64,000 nucleotides of DNA from NCBI GenBank assembly GCA_040767805.1, contig JAXGNU010000001.1:32001-96000 (forward strand), read 5' to 3'. Below, one piece after another: positions 1-10,173 of this stretch (positions within the stretch are counted from its first letter, which is position 1; each line of letters starts with the position of its first letter). A program made the translations under genes and the position numbers. The stretch is from Thermovirgaceae bacterium. Its GTDB lineage: Bacteria; Synergistota; Synergistia; Synergistales; Thermovirgaceae. The notes under the pieces were generated by a model. That model saw nothing but the letters and a program-made list of their open reading frames with translations. It had not been told where the DNA came from and ran no database searches.

Positions 1-576
1 AATTCGCTCGCCGCCTGCGCCGCGGCGGACGCGATCGGAGTCCCCCTTGAGGTGGCTTCCCAGGCGCTGAAGTCCTTCAAGGGAGCGAAAAGACGGCTGC
101 AGCACATGGGGTCCGTCCCCGCCCTCGGCGTGGATATTTTCGACGACTACGGCCATCACCCCAGAGAGATCGCCGCCACCCTGGGCACGCTCAGGAAAAT
201 GTTCCCCGAAAGGAGGCTCATGACCGTTTTCCAGCCCCATCGCTTCACAAGAACGGCAGCCATGTACAGGGAATTCGCCGAGGTGCTCTCTATGTCCGAC
301 AGGGTATTCCTCCTGCCGGTCTTTCCTGCCGATGAATCACCTATAGAAGGCGTCTCTTCGACGCTGATCGGAGATATCCTGAAGCAAAAAGGACATAAGG
401 GTTTTGACTTTTGCAGCGATATGGAAGACGTCTTGACCAAGGTCTCTGCCAATGTGAATGAGGGAGATGTGATCGCTACTATCGGTGCAGGCGATGTATC
501 CATCGTTGGGGAGAAGATCCAGCAGCGCCTTGAAGGGAGAGGCGTCACCATCGATGCGATGGCGGTCAAGGCTTAA
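1..576 (+). CDS. murC: UDP-N-acetylmuramate--L-alanine ligase, C-terminal part (5' truncated by window)
   Basis: Frame open from base 1 (NSLAA...). Motifs DDYGHHPREI, VFQPHRFTRT and TIGAGDV are typical of MurC; murB follows. Confidence 0.93.
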   Translation, partial: NSLAACAAADAIGVPLEVASQALKSFKGAKRRLQHMGSVPALGVDIFDDYGHHPREIAATLGTLRKMFPERRLMTVFQPHRFTRTAAMYREFAEVLSMSDRVFLLPVFPADESPIEGVSSTLIGDILKQKGHKGFDFCSDMEDVLTKVSANVNEGDVIATIGAGDVSIVGEKIQQRLEGRGVTIDAMAVKA

Positions 577-1483
577 CCGGACCATCCTTCCGTTCTGTTC
601 CTATGATGTACCTTTGAAAAATTTTACGACCTTGGGGGTGGGCGGGGAGGCGGAATGCCTGGCCAGGCCTTCAACTCGCCGAGAACTCTCCTCGGTCCTC
701 GATTTCTGCAATGAGGAGGGAGTCCCCGCCTGGTTCCTAGGCGGGGGCAGCAATGTACTGATCCCCGATGAAGGGCTCAAGGGCATGACCATTCAGACCG
801 GTGGGCTTAACGGCGTTTCTTGGGAAGAGAAAGGGGATTCCGTCCTCCTTGAAGCTGAAGCAGGTGTTTCCCTAGCTGCCCTCCTGGCTCTTTCGATAAA
901 AAGAGGCTGGGGAGGGTTGGAATTCGTCGCCGGCATCCCTGGGAGCGTGGGCGGCTCCCTCCGGGGGAACGCGGGGGTTGAAGGGAAGGCTCTCGGGGAT
1001 CTCGTCAAATCGGTGCTGTTGATCGACGAAAAGGGCTCTTTTCAATGGAGAAATGGAAGGGAAATCCGGTTTTCCTACCGTTACTCCGACCTGCTGACTG
1101 AGCACAAGGCCATCGTCGCTTGCAGGCTTGTCCTCACGACGGCTGGGACTGCCGAGGTGGCCCTCGGAGCCAGGGATTATTTTGACAAGAGGGCGGGGCA
1201 ACCCAAGGGCGTCAGGACGGCGGGATGTATCTTCAAAAACCCCAAGGCGGTTTTCGCGGGAAAGATCCTGGAAGAGGCCGGTTGCAAGGGTCTCAGGGTT
1301 GGCGACGCGGAGGTATCGGCCCGGCACGCCAATTTCATCGTGAACAACGGTTCGGCCAGTTCGAAAGATATAGCCAGGCTTATCTCCACCTGCAGGGACA
1401 GGGTTTTCCAAAAAACGGGGATTTTCCTAGATCTTGAACTATGCCTCATGGGTGTGTTTCTTGATGGGGAAGTCAGCAATTAG
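554..1483 (+). CDS. murB: UDP-N-acetylenolpyruvoylglucosamine reductase
   Basis: TTLGVGG, LGGGSNVL, GIPGSVGG..GNAG, AGCIFKNP, HANFIVN. Start placed at ATG 554. Confidence 0.95.
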   Translation: MRWRSRLNRTILPFCSYDVPLKNFTTLGVGGEAECLARPSTRRELSSVLDFCNEEGVPAWFLGGGSNVLIPDEGLKGMTIQTGGLNGVSWEEKGDSVLLEAEAGVSLAALLALSIKRGWGGLEFVAGIPGSVGGSLRGNAGVEGKALGDLVKSVLLIDEKGSFQWRNGREIRFSYRYSDLLTEHKAIVACRLVLTTAGTAEVALGARDYFDKRAGQPKGVRTAGCIFKNPKAVFAGKILEEAGCKGLRVGDAEVSARHANFIVNNGSASSKDIARLISTCRDRVFQKTGIFLDLELCLMGVFLDGEVSN

Positions 1484-2246
1484 GGTTGCCCTGTTTCTGA
1501 TTTTCCTTTCAGGGGTGCTATACTGTACGGAAGAACAATTCCAGTTCTTCCGGCTCAGGTCGATCACTTTCGATTCCCTCGCCCTGGTTTCGGATGATCA
1601 ACTCTGGAAAAGGGTCGAACCGATAGCTCATCGTTTTTGGCCCGTGTTTTCGCTAAGGCTGGGACGCATTGAAAAGTTGATCATGGCCGAGGCGCCCGTC
1701 GATATACATATCACACGGACAGGCTCCGGCGCCTTCAAAGTGAAAGTAAAACCGCTTGAACCATGGTTCATGGTTTTCTGGGCCGGGGGGGAGTGGTTCC
1801 TCGCCAGGGAAGGGAGGATGTGGTCGGTCCATCACTCGATGAACAGCATTATTTCCCAGCAGTCCGCGAGGGAGGGGGCCGTTCTTGTTTGGGGTCGCGG
1901 CTTGCCTGACCCCATTCCTTCCGGTACCGACATTGAGAACTCCGTCAAGGATTCGGTGATACCCTGCGATGAGATCGATTCCTGGAAAGAAGCCCTGGAC
2001 AGCCTGGGTTTTTACAAGAAGACCTCTTCCATCACCATCAACAGGAGTGAGGGAAGAAGAACCGTCGAAATACTCGAAAGGACCGGCGAGGGAAGCGTCA
2101 GGATCCTCCTTGACGAATCCCCCGCCCTTTGGCCGCCCCTCCTGGAAGCGGTTAATGATATACTTTCGCAAACCGGTTTACGGGACAAGAACCTGCTTGT
2201 GGATACAACCTATTCCGGAAAGATACTGGTCAGGGTTATATCCTGA
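1464..2246 (+). CDS. Divergent FtsQ/DivIB-like cell division protein
   Basis: N-terminal TM segment followed by an 'FFRLRSITF' POTRA-like start; lies between murB and ftsA. Confidence 0.6.
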   Translation: MGKSAIRVALFLIFLSGVLYCTEEQFQFFRLRSITFDSLALVSDDQLWKRVEPIAHRFWPVFSLRLGRIEKLIMAEAPVDIHITRTGSGAFKVKVKPLEPWFMVFWAGGEWFLAREGRMWSVHHSMNSIISQQSAREGAVLVWGRGLPDPIPSGTDIENSVKDSVIPCDEIDSWKEALDSLGFYKKTSSITINRSEGRRTVEILERTGEGSVRILLDESPALWPPLLEAVNDILSQTGLRDKNLLVDTTYSGKILVRVIS

Positions 2247-2270
2247 TCCCTACGGCCTGGAGGTTAACCG

Positions 2271-3623
2271 ATGAGGAGAGGGAAGGTAGAACCCATCATA
2301 TGGTCGGGTCTTGATATCGGTACCAGGAAGATCTCACTGATCGTGGCCGAGACGGATCCCCTCTCGAAGGATACCCAGGTTATCGCCGTCGGTTCCTCCA
2401 GGACGAAAGGGATCTCCAAGGGCGAGATCCGGGACGCCGATCTCGTGGTCGAGTCCATCAGGAAAGCCGTAGATGAGGCTGAAAAAGCCTTTGACCTCAA
2501 CGTCCGGGATACGTTTCTCTCCATCGGGCCAACGTCGGTTTCCTCCTTCATCCTGGAACAAAAGTGCCCTTTGAATGAAGAGGGCATACCAGAAAGACCC
2601 GTCACCGGCAAGGATATGAAAGACGTTATCCGAGAAGCCTTGAAGGGCGCCCGAGGGAGCACCGAGCATCTCTTGCTTCACGCTATACCCCTGGGCTATT
2701 CCGTAGATGCCGGCCCTTTCGTAAAGGACCCAAGGGGGGCATCGGGATCAGAGCTGACTGCCGAGGTCCTTTTCATCGGCATCGCCGAGGAAGAAGTGCG
2801 AACATCAGTCAGTTGCGCCGAAAAAGCCGGGTTGAACGTGCTGGGGGTAATCCACAAATCCATCGCCTCCGCTTTCGGTTCACTCAGCGGAGAAGAGATT
2901 GAGGATGGAGCCGTGGCCGTGGATATAGGGGCGGGCACTACTACCGTGACCTATACCAGGGAAGGGCTTATCAGGGGAGTGGATGTTTTCCCGGGCGGAG
3001 GAGACCTGGTCACCCGAGATATTTCCGAAGTTCTCGCGATACCGGCGTCGAAGGCCGAATACCTGAAACGTGAGGTCTCCCTTTTTGAATGCCCGGAAGA
3101 CCTGGGCGATGAACTTGAATTCGAGATGGGCGGGGAACCTTTTATCGTGACCGTCAAGGACGTTCTCGAAATACTGTCGCCCCGGATCGAAGAGATCTTC
3201 TTCAGGTTCATCGTTCCCAAAATAGAAGAATTCCAACGGGACGGGGCACTCCGGGCAATTGTTTTTTCGGGCGGCGTCGCCGGGTCTCCAGGATTCATGG
3301 AGCTCGCCTCCGACAGTTTTGAAACACCGGTCAGGCTTGGCGAACCCGTAAAAGGAACGAGCCTCCCTCCCCACGCGAGGGGTTCAGAATTTTCCTCAAC
3401 GGTGGGGATCGTGAATTACCTGCTTGAAAGAGACAACAACCCCGACAACCTCCTGGAACCGGAGTATCCGAGGCTGGGCGATGCCTTGAACCTGGAAGAG
3501 GCTGGTAGTATCAAGGTCCTGAACCCCTGGAAAGGGAAAGCGGGGAAGAAAGAAGACGGGGGCAAGGGCCTGATGGCCAGGTTCTTTGACGCCTTGAGGA
3601 ACGCTTTCAGCGAACTGTTTTAA
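2271..3623 (+). CDS. ftsA: Cell division protein FtsA
   Basis: GLDIGTRKI, VDIGAGTT and FSGG actin-like ATPase motifs; GGAGG RBS; directly upstream of ftsZ. Confidence 0.93.
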   Translation: MRRGKVEPIIWSGLDIGTRKISLIVAETDPLSKDTQVIAVGSSRTKGISKGEIRDADLVVESIRKAVDEAEKAFDLNVRDTFLSIGPTSVSSFILEQKCPLNEEGIPERPVTGKDMKDVIREALKGARGSTEHLLLHAIPLGYSVDAGPFVKDPRGASGSELTAEVLFIGIAEEEVRTSVSCAEKAGLNVLGVIHKSIASAFGSLSGEEIEDGAVAVDIGAGTTTVTYTREGLIRGVDVFPGGGDLVTRDISEVLAIPASKAEYLKREVSLFECPEDLGDELEFEMGGEPFIVTVKDVLEILSPRIEEIFFRFIVPKIEEFQRDGALRAIVFSGGVAGSPGFMELASDSFETPVRLGEPVKGTSLPPHARGSEFSSTVGIVNYLLERDNNPDNLLEPEYPRLGDALNLEEAGSIKVLNPWKGKAGKKEDGGKGLMARFFDALRNAFSELF

Positions 3624-3648
3624 TCCGTTTATTGTGGAGGTTACTCGA

Positions 3649-4800
3649 ATGGCTGAACTCTTTGAGATCGAAGGTTCGCAGTCGCAATTACGCGAAGTGA
3701 TCAAGGTTATCGGGGTTGGCGGAGGCGGCGGGAACGCCCTCAACCATATCGTCCGAAGCGGGGTTACCGGTGTGGAGTTCATCGCCGCCAACACCGATGT
3801 CGCTCACCTGAGCCTCTCCGAAGCCGACGTCAAGATAGTGCTGGGCAGGGAATTGACCAAGGGTCTCGGCGCGGGCGCGGACCCCGAGATCGGGCTGAGG
3901 TCCGCCGAAGAATCCATCGATGAGATCAAGGAAGTGCTGATGGGTGCCGATATGATCTTTCTCACGGCGGGCATGGGGGGCGGGACCGGCACAGGGGCCT
4001 CCCCGGTCATCGCCCAGGTGGCTAAAGAAAACGGAACCCTCGTCGTAGCCGTGGCGACCAAGCCCTTTCTTTTCGAGGGGCAAAGAAGGATCACCCAAGC
4101 CTTGGAAGGCATAGAGAACCTTCGTGGTAACGTGGATGCCCTCATCATAATACCGAACGATCGGCTCCTGGAGATCACCCAGAAGGAAACGACCCTCCTG
4201 GATGCTTTCAGACTTGCCGACGATGTCCTAAGGCAGGCTGTACAAGGCGTCACGGACCTCATCCTTCGACCGGGCCTGGTCAACGTGGATTTTGCCGATG
4301 TGAGGACGATCATGAAGGATGCCGGAACGGCCATAATGGGAATCGGTGAGGCCAAGGGGGACGACAGGGCCTCCAAGGCCGCCCACGCGGCCATAAACAG
4401 TCCGCTGATGGATGGACCTATCACGGGGGCGCGGGGGGTGCTCTTCAACGTCACCGGGGGGCCGAACCTGGGTATCCATGAGATCCAGGAGGCGGCCCGG
4501 GTCGTGACGGAAGCCGCCGACCCCAAGGCCACCATTCTCTGGGGTCACGTCCTTGACCCCGAGTTGGACGAAAAAGTGCAGATCACCGTGATCGCGACGG
4601 GCTTTGCCTCGGGCCCGGGCCCAAGAAGGGCGCTATCGATGCCGAGGAAAATCGGGGGGTCCTTTATCGAGACTGAAGCCCACGCTCGAAGGGATGTCCC
4701 CAGGCAAACCACCAAAGGGCCGGTCCCGCCCCTTGACAACATGGAAGATCTTGATACCCCTCCAGAGATCAGGAGGAGGAAGTTTGGTCATAAGGTTTAA
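3649..4800 (+). CDS. ftsZ: Cell division protein FtsZ
   Basis: VIGVGGGGGNA, GMGGGTGTG tubulin signature, NVDFAD and a C-terminal peptide; GGAGG RBS before ATG 3649. Confidence 0.99.
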   Translation: MAELFEIEGSQSQLREVIKVIGVGGGGGNALNHIVRSGVTGVEFIAANTDVAHLSLSEADVKIVLGRELTKGLGAGADPEIGLRSAEESIDEIKEVLMGADMIFLTAGMGGGTGTGASPVIAQVAKENGTLVVAVATKPFLFEGQRRITQALEGIENLRGNVDALIIIPNDRLLEITQKETTLLDAFRLADDVLRQAVQGVTDLILRPGLVNVDFADVRTIMKDAGTAIMGIGEAKGDDRASKAAHAAINSPLMDGPITGARGVLFNVTGGPNLGIHEIQEAARVVTEAADPKATILWGHVLDPELDEKVQITVIATGFASGPGPRRALSMPRKIGGSFIETEAHARRDVPRQTTKGPVPPLDNMEDLDTPPEIRRRKFGHKV

Positions 4801-4824
4801 TAGAACAAATCGGGACCAGTATCG

Positions 4825-6351
4825 TTGAAACCCATTTCCTGGAAAAGCCACAGGGGGAACTGGAAATACCTCAGGGAACAGGAAGTGGAACTTGATGACC
4901 TTCCCCGGGGCGGTGACCCCCTTTGGGCCATGCTTTACCCCGCCCGGTACGAGGTGGGGATGGCCAACCTCGGGTACCAGGCGATTATCTCGGAGATGCG
5001 TACCCTCGGCGTCGGAGTTGAACGTTTTTTCGCCGGACGCCTTTCCAGGCTTTCGGTGGAGACGGAAAGATCGATCTCCGATTTTCCCCTTATTTCTGCT
5101 TCTGTCGCCTATGAACCCGATATCCTGACCCTTCTTTCGATCTTTCGAGAATGGGGGATATCCCCCAGTTCGGAGGAAAGGGAATCCCAGGGACAACCTG
5201 TCTTTGGGGTCGGTGGGGCCTTGAGTTACATCAACCCCCTGGTTTTTTCAGGGATGGCTGATTATGTTGTTTTAGGTGATGGGGAAAATGTCATCGTTCA
5301 CCTGGTGAGAGAAGCCAGGCAATACATGCGCAACGGGGATCGGTCGAAGTTCAGGAGAGCCCTGGCGGAACATCCGTCCATTTACGTACCTTCCCTGCAT
5401 GACCGGATCATTCTCAGGGGCGGGAGAGTCCAAAAGGACCGGAACATCATCGACAACCTTGACGACGCAAGGGGGAAAAGTCTCTGGGTCGCCCCCTCCT
5501 CGGTCTTCGGGAAGACAGTATTGGTTGAACTACAAAGGGGGTGCAGGAGGAATTGCAGTTTTTGCACCATTCCCTCCTCCTTCGGAAAGCCCAGGAACCG
5601 TTCCCTTAAGCGGGTCCTGGAGGACATCAGGTCGGTGAGTGCCCTTGAGGGCGTACAGGTTGGTTTTATCTCGCCTGAAACCGGCGACTACCCGGCCTTG
5701 GCCGAGTTGCTTTCCGCCGTGGACTCCCTCGGTGCGGTCGTATCCTTCGCTTCGCTAAGGGTTGACAATATCAGCGAAGCCATGATCAGATCCCTGGAGA
5801 GAAGCGGGAGGCATTCCCTCACCGTTGCCCCGGAAGCCGGGAACGAGCGGTTGAGAAGAGCCTGCGGCAAGCCTTTTTCCGATGACCTTATCTTAGAACG
5901 GCTCGCCATGGCCTCCCGGATGGGCGTCAGAAAGGTCAAGCTTTATTTTATGATGGGACTTCCCGGGGAGGTTGCTTCCGATATGGACGACATTGCCAGG
6001 CTGTGCGGCCGAGTCAGCCGCGAGACCGGGCTCCAGGTCAGTGCCTCGGTGGGCGTGTTCGTCCCTAAACCGATGACTTTTTGGGAGAAAGCCGGGATGA
6101 TAAGCGGCGAAGAAGCCCGTTCCAGGAAGAAAAGTTTGAGAAACCTCTTCCATGATGGCCCCGGGAGAGGTTGCCGTGTCAGCTTCCAGGAGCCGGGGGA
6201 AGCGGCCATTGAATTCGCCATCGCATGGAAGGGTTTACCTTGTGACGATAACCTCCTCTCCCAGCCGAAAGGAAAAGCAAGCCTCCCTAAGCCGGTCCAG
6301 GAACAGAGGGACCTCCTGCTGGAACAACTGGGCCTGCTTGGTTATCATTAA
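4825..6351 (+). CDS. Radical SAM protein of unknown function
   Basis: CxxxCxxC (RGCRRNCSFC), N-terminal YEVGMANLG, TVAPEAG, KLYFMMGLPGE. Confidence 0.85.
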   Translation: MKPISWKSHRGNWKYLREQEVELDDLPRGGDPLWAMLYPARYEVGMANLGYQAIISEMRTLGVGVERFFAGRLSRLSVETERSISDFPLISASVAYEPDILTLLSIFREWGISPSSEERESQGQPVFGVGGALSYINPLVFSGMADYVVLGDGENVIVHLVREARQYMRNGDRSKFRRALAEHPSIYVPSLHDRIILRGGRVQKDRNIIDNLDDARGKSLWVAPSSVFGKTVLVELQRGCRRNCSFCTIPSSFGKPRNRSLKRVLEDIRSVSALEGVQVGFISPETGDYPALAELLSAVDSLGAVVSFASLRVDNISEAMIRSLERSGRHSLTVAPEAGNERLRRACGKPFSDDLILERLAMASRMGVRKVKLYFMMGLPGEVASDMDDIARLCGRVSRETGLQVSASVGVFVPKPMTFWEKAGMISGEEARSRKKSLRNLFHDGPGRGCRVSFQEPGEAAIEFAIAWKGLPCDDNLLSQPKGKASLPKPVQEQRDLLLEQLGLLGYH

Positions 6352-6391
6352 TTATCCTGGTCGCGGAACATACTTTGTGAGGTGATCATCG

Positions 6392-6991
6392 GTGAGCTTC
6401 AGGAGGAACAGGAAGTTCAAAGAAAAACCGGCTGTATTCGCTTTCGGCCATATAATGCTGCCCCTGGTCGCAATCCTGGCCATAGGGCTTTTAATCCTCG
6501 GGGTTAGGCTTCTTTTCGTTTCACCCGGCGGCCAGGTGAGCTACCCCGATACGGTCGAATATCCCGAGGCGGAAAGCCAGGCCCCAACGGTAATAGCCGA
6601 ACCAGGAGATGGACCCCAGGTTGTAGCCGTCCCCTCAACTGGAGGCGACGAACCCACGGCCACACCCGGGGCCGTCCCGGCCGTGCCCGCTGCCGAAGAA
6701 GCGCCGACAACCCTACCCGAAGCGGAGACCAAGGCGGAGGTGCCGGTCCAAGCCTCTCGGGGGAGTTGGGTTGTCCAGATCGGGGCCTTTTCCCTCAAGG
6801 AATCGGCTGAAACCCTCGCCCATGAAGTGAGGGGTAAGAACTTCAACGCCTACGTGACCCGCGCGGAAGTCGGCGGGAAGACCTATTACCGGGTGAGAGT
6901 CCCGGCGGGTGACCAAAAGGCCGAAGCCGACACTCTTGCCAGGGACCTCGCATCGAAGGGCTATCCCACGCTGGTCACCCGGCAGGAATAG
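6392..6991 (+). CDS. SPOR-domain peptidoglycan-binding membrane protein
   Basis: One TM helix, a Pro/Ala/Glu-rich linker and a C-terminal SPOR domain (WVVQIGAFS...YYRVRV). Confidence 0.88.
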   Translation: MSFRRNRKFKEKPAVFAFGHIMLPLVAILAIGLLILGVRLLFVSPGGQVSYPDTVEYPEAESQAPTVIAEPGDGPQVVAVPSTGGDEPTATPGAVPAVPAAEEAPTTLPEAETKAEVPVQASRGSWVVQIGAFSLKESAETLAHEVRGKNFNAYVTRAEVGGKTYYRVRVPAGDQKAEADTLARDLASKGYPTLVTRQE

Positions 6992-7024
6992 GAGCCGGAA
7001 AAGGCCGATGCTCTTTCCGTTCGA

Positions 7025-8269
7025 ATGAAAATGTCAGGATTTGTGACCAACACCCTTTCCAGGGACGACGCCTTGCATGCCATTGTTCAACAGATGGGGT
7101 TCCCTTGGCCCGTAGCCGTAAAAGAGGGGATCCCCATCGGGGAGGCCCTGGGCCTCGCCTTGGGAGTCGATGTCATCGCACCCGATGAGAGCCCTCCCTT
7201 CGACAGGAGCCTTCGGGATGGGTACGCCGTGAGGTCAATGGATCTTATCGGCGCCAGCGATGCGTCACCTGCCTTTCTGGCGCTGCACGGCGAGGTGCCC
7301 ATGGGTACTGTCCCACTGATTGATGTGGGATCTGAAGAGGCGGTCCTGGTGCATACTGGGAGTGCCATACCACCCGGGGCGGATTCCATCGTAATGCTCG
7401 AGGACACGTCCCTTGCCGGAAACCTGCTGGAGGTTCGAAAATCCGTCCAGAAGGGAGAAAATCTCCTCCTCAAGGGCGAGGAGTACGGCAGGGGCCAAAG
7501 GTTGGCCCGCAAGGGAGAGATCCTGGACTTTCGCAATATCCCCGCCCTGGCGTCCTGCGGACAGGCGACCACAGCGGTATGCGACCTCGGTATAGCAGTC
7601 ATCAGCACCGGAGACGAGATCGTACCGGCGGGCACAAAGGATCTCGAGCCCGGGATGATCCGGGACGCCAACTCCTTCACCATCATGGCCAGCCTGGCGA
7701 GAGCGGGTTTCAAGAGTGAATCCTTGGGCATCGTCCCCGATGACCCCGAAGAATTGCGAAAGGCCTTCAACAGGGCCCTGGGTGAATTCGACGTCGTGAT
7801 CCTGAGCGGGGGCTCCTCGGTCAGCGCCAGGGACCATTCCGTCCTTCTTCTTCGAGAACTTGGAGGGGGTAAACTGATCGTCCGCGGGCTGAATGTCTCC
7901 CCCGGCAAACCGACGATCGTCTCCGGGGATCCCGCCGGGAAAAAACTCGGCGTCTGCCTGCCAGGCCATCCTCACTCCTGTGCCGTGATCGCCTTGACCT
8001 TCCTGGTGCCCCTTATCTCTTCGCTTATAATGGGTGAACCCCATGATCTCTTCCGGAAAATCCTCCTTCCCGCGGGAGAGGACATTATCGGGAGGAGCGG
8101 GGTCGAGGAATTCATCCCCCTAAAGATAGGACCCGAAGGAGAAGCCCGGCCCCTGTGGGCGAAATCGGGGTTTCTCCTGGGCATGGGGGAGTCCGACGGC
8201 CTTATCAGGCTGCCAGAGAACATGGAGACCTTGAGAAAAGGGGCTCCTGTCGAGGTGTGGCTTTGGTGA
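7025..8269 (+). CDS. moeA: Molybdopterin molybdotransferase MoeA (paralogue 1)
   Basis: PFDRSLRDGYAV, TGSAIPPGAD, ISTGDEI, SGGSSV, PGKPT, LPGHP. Confidence 0.93.
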   Translation: MKMSGFVTNTLSRDDALHAIVQQMGFPWPVAVKEGIPIGEALGLALGVDVIAPDESPPFDRSLRDGYAVRSMDLIGASDASPAFLALHGEVPMGTVPLIDVGSEEAVLVHTGSAIPPGADSIVMLEDTSLAGNLLEVRKSVQKGENLLLKGEEYGRGQRLARKGEILDFRNIPALASCGQATTAVCDLGIAVISTGDEIVPAGTKDLEPGMIRDANSFTIMASLARAGFKSESLGIVPDDPEELRKAFNRALGEFDVVILSGGSSVSARDHSVLLLRELGGGKLIVRGLNVSPGKPTIVSGDPAGKKLGVCLPGHPHSCAVIALTFLVPLISSLIMGEPHDLFRKILLPAGEDIIGRSGVEEFIPLKIGPEGEARPLWAKSGFLLGMGESDGLIRLPENMETLRKGAPVEVWLW

Positions 8270-10173
8270 ACTTCAAGGAGAACCTGGATCTTTTGACCGC
8301 GTGGTCCCTGATCGAACAGAGAGTGCGCCCCCTCGACGAGCTTGAGGAAATCGACCTCCTCTCCTTTGAAGGGTACCAACCAAGGAAGATGGGGGTCGAT
8401 ATCCTTTCGAGGAGGAACCTCCCCCAATACCCTGCCTCCGCCGTCGACGGTTTCGCCCTGAAGGCTTCGGACACGGCCAACGCCTCCCCTAGGACGCCGG
8501 CCAGGATCCCGGAAGGCAGTTACAGCTGGGTGAACACCGGCGGCGGTGTGGATCGGGCCTTCGATTCGGTGGTAATGGTTGAGGACACCTGGATGGATGG
8601 AAACACCCTTCTCGTAGCGAAAATGGCGACCAAGGGCGAGAACGTCAGGCCCGAGGGCGAGGATGTGACCAGGGGCCAAGTCATAGCAAGAAGAGGTGAC
8701 CCGCTCGACGCGTTCCTGATCCCGCTACTGATCGCGTCGGGGTATTCCACGGCCAGCGTTTCAAGGTTACCGAGGACCATCTTCATACCCACCGGTGATG
8801 AGATCATCCCCGCCGCCGAATGGATCAGGGGAGATGGAGGGGAGTGGTCAAGGGTACCGGAAACCAACTCCTACATGCTGAAAAAGCTCTTCCGCGACTG
8901 GGGTTTCCCCCTGGAGATCCACGGGCTGGTCCGCGACGATGAAGGACTGATCAGGGAAGCCGCCCTCAAGTCTTTGGAGGTTTACGACCTGGTTATCATC
9001 GGCGCCGGTACGGCGAAAGGCAAAAGGGACCACAGCGCCGAAGTGATCGAGAAAATCTCGGATCCGCTTTTCCGGGGCGTCAGGATGAAACCGGGGAGGC
9101 CCGTCATAGCGGGGGTAAAGGGGAACAAGCCGTTGGTCGCGCTGCCAGGGTTTCCCATGTCCGCCCTGGTGACCTGCTGGAGCATCATATGCCCGCTTTT
9201 AAAGAGGCTTAACGGCGAGACTGCCGCTCCCGCCCCTGAAGAGGCCTTGGGGAGCGCCGAGACCCTCGCCACAAAGTCCCTGTTGCACTACTCCTCGCAG
9301 CCGGGGGTCCTGGAATGGCTCAGGGTCAAATGCGGGGAGATCGACGGTACTGTCTATTCATGGCCCCTCCCCGCCGGTGCCAGTTCGACCTTTTCCATCG
9401 CCGACGCAGATGGGTTCGCCATCCTCGGGCCTTCTGTCCTTGAAGTCCCCAAGGGGAGCGATATCCGGGTCTTGCTCAAGAGAAAGGTGGATTTCAAGAA
9501 GAGGGTCGTTTACCAGGGTTCCAACGACCCCGCCATTGAGAGGATCGTCTCCTATGTCAGAGAAAGGGGCGGGGACCTGGCGATCCGATCCGTCGGCAGC
9601 CTCGGCGGCCTTTCCGCACTGGCCAGGGGAGAGGGCCACGTAGCTTCCTGCCACCTCTTGGACCCCGAAAAGGGTGAATATAACGATAGTTACATAGAAA
9701 GACTGGACGAAACCCGGAGTTGGCGGAGGATCAAGCTGTTCAAAAGGCAACAGGGCTTCCTGGTAAAGAAAGGGAACCCTGAGGGGATCCACTCCGTCAA
9801 GGACCTGGCCTCAACCGGAGCCTTTTTCGTCAACAGGCAACCCGGGGCCGGCACCAGGGTTCTTTTTGACCACCTCCTGAAGGAGGCGGGGATCGATCCC
9901 GGTTCGATCAACGGGTACGACAACATCGCCATCACCCATTTCGAAGCGGCCGCCAGGATACCGGGAGGCTCAGCCGCCGCCGCCCTGGGCGTCAAGGCGG
10001 CGGCGGAGGCTTTCGGGACGGATTTTATACCGGTGACGGAAGAAGATTTCGAACTGGTCATTCCCGGGCGCTTCGTCGATCACCCGGGGATCCTGATCCT
10101 GTTAGAGGCCCTTTCGGACGAGAGGTGGAGGCGCGAGGTCGACTCCCTGGGGGGATACCGATGGACTTCCTGA
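8266..10173 (+). CDS. moeA: MoeA fused to a C-terminal PBP/LysR-type substrate-binding domain (paralogue 2)
   Basis: SAVDGFA, PTGDEI, MKPGRP, LPGFPMS; C-terminal GSLGGL...NRQPGAGTR domain. GTG 8266 overlaps the upstream TGA. Confidence 0.9.
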   Translation: MNFKENLDLLTAWSLIEQRVRPLDELEEIDLLSFEGYQPRKMGVDILSRRNLPQYPASAVDGFALKASDTANASPRTPARIPEGSYSWVNTGGGVDRAFDSVVMVEDTWMDGNTLLVAKMATKGENVRPEGEDVTRGQVIARRGDPLDAFLIPLLIASGYSTASVSRLPRTIFIPTGDEIIPAAEWIRGDGGEWSRVPETNSYMLKKLFRDWGFPLEIHGLVRDDEGLIREAALKSLEVYDLVIIGAGTAKGKRDHSAEVIEKISDPLFRGVRMKPGRPVIAGVKGNKPLVALPGFPMSALVTCWSIICPLLKRLNGETAAPAPEEALGSAETLATKSLLHYSSQPGVLEWLRVKCGEIDGTVYSWPLPAGASSTFSIADADGFAILGPSVLEVPKGSDIRVLLKRKVDFKKRVVYQGSNDPAIERIVSYVRERGGDLAIRSVGSLGGLSALARGEGHVASCHLLDPEKGEYNDSYIERLDETRSWRRIKLFKRQQGFLVKKGNPEGIHSVKDLASTGAFFVNRQPGAGTRVLFDHLLKEAGIDPGSINGYDNIAITHFEAAARIPGGSAAAALGVKAAAEAFGTDFIPVTEEDFELVIPGRFVDHPGILILLEALSDERWRREVDSLGGYRWTS

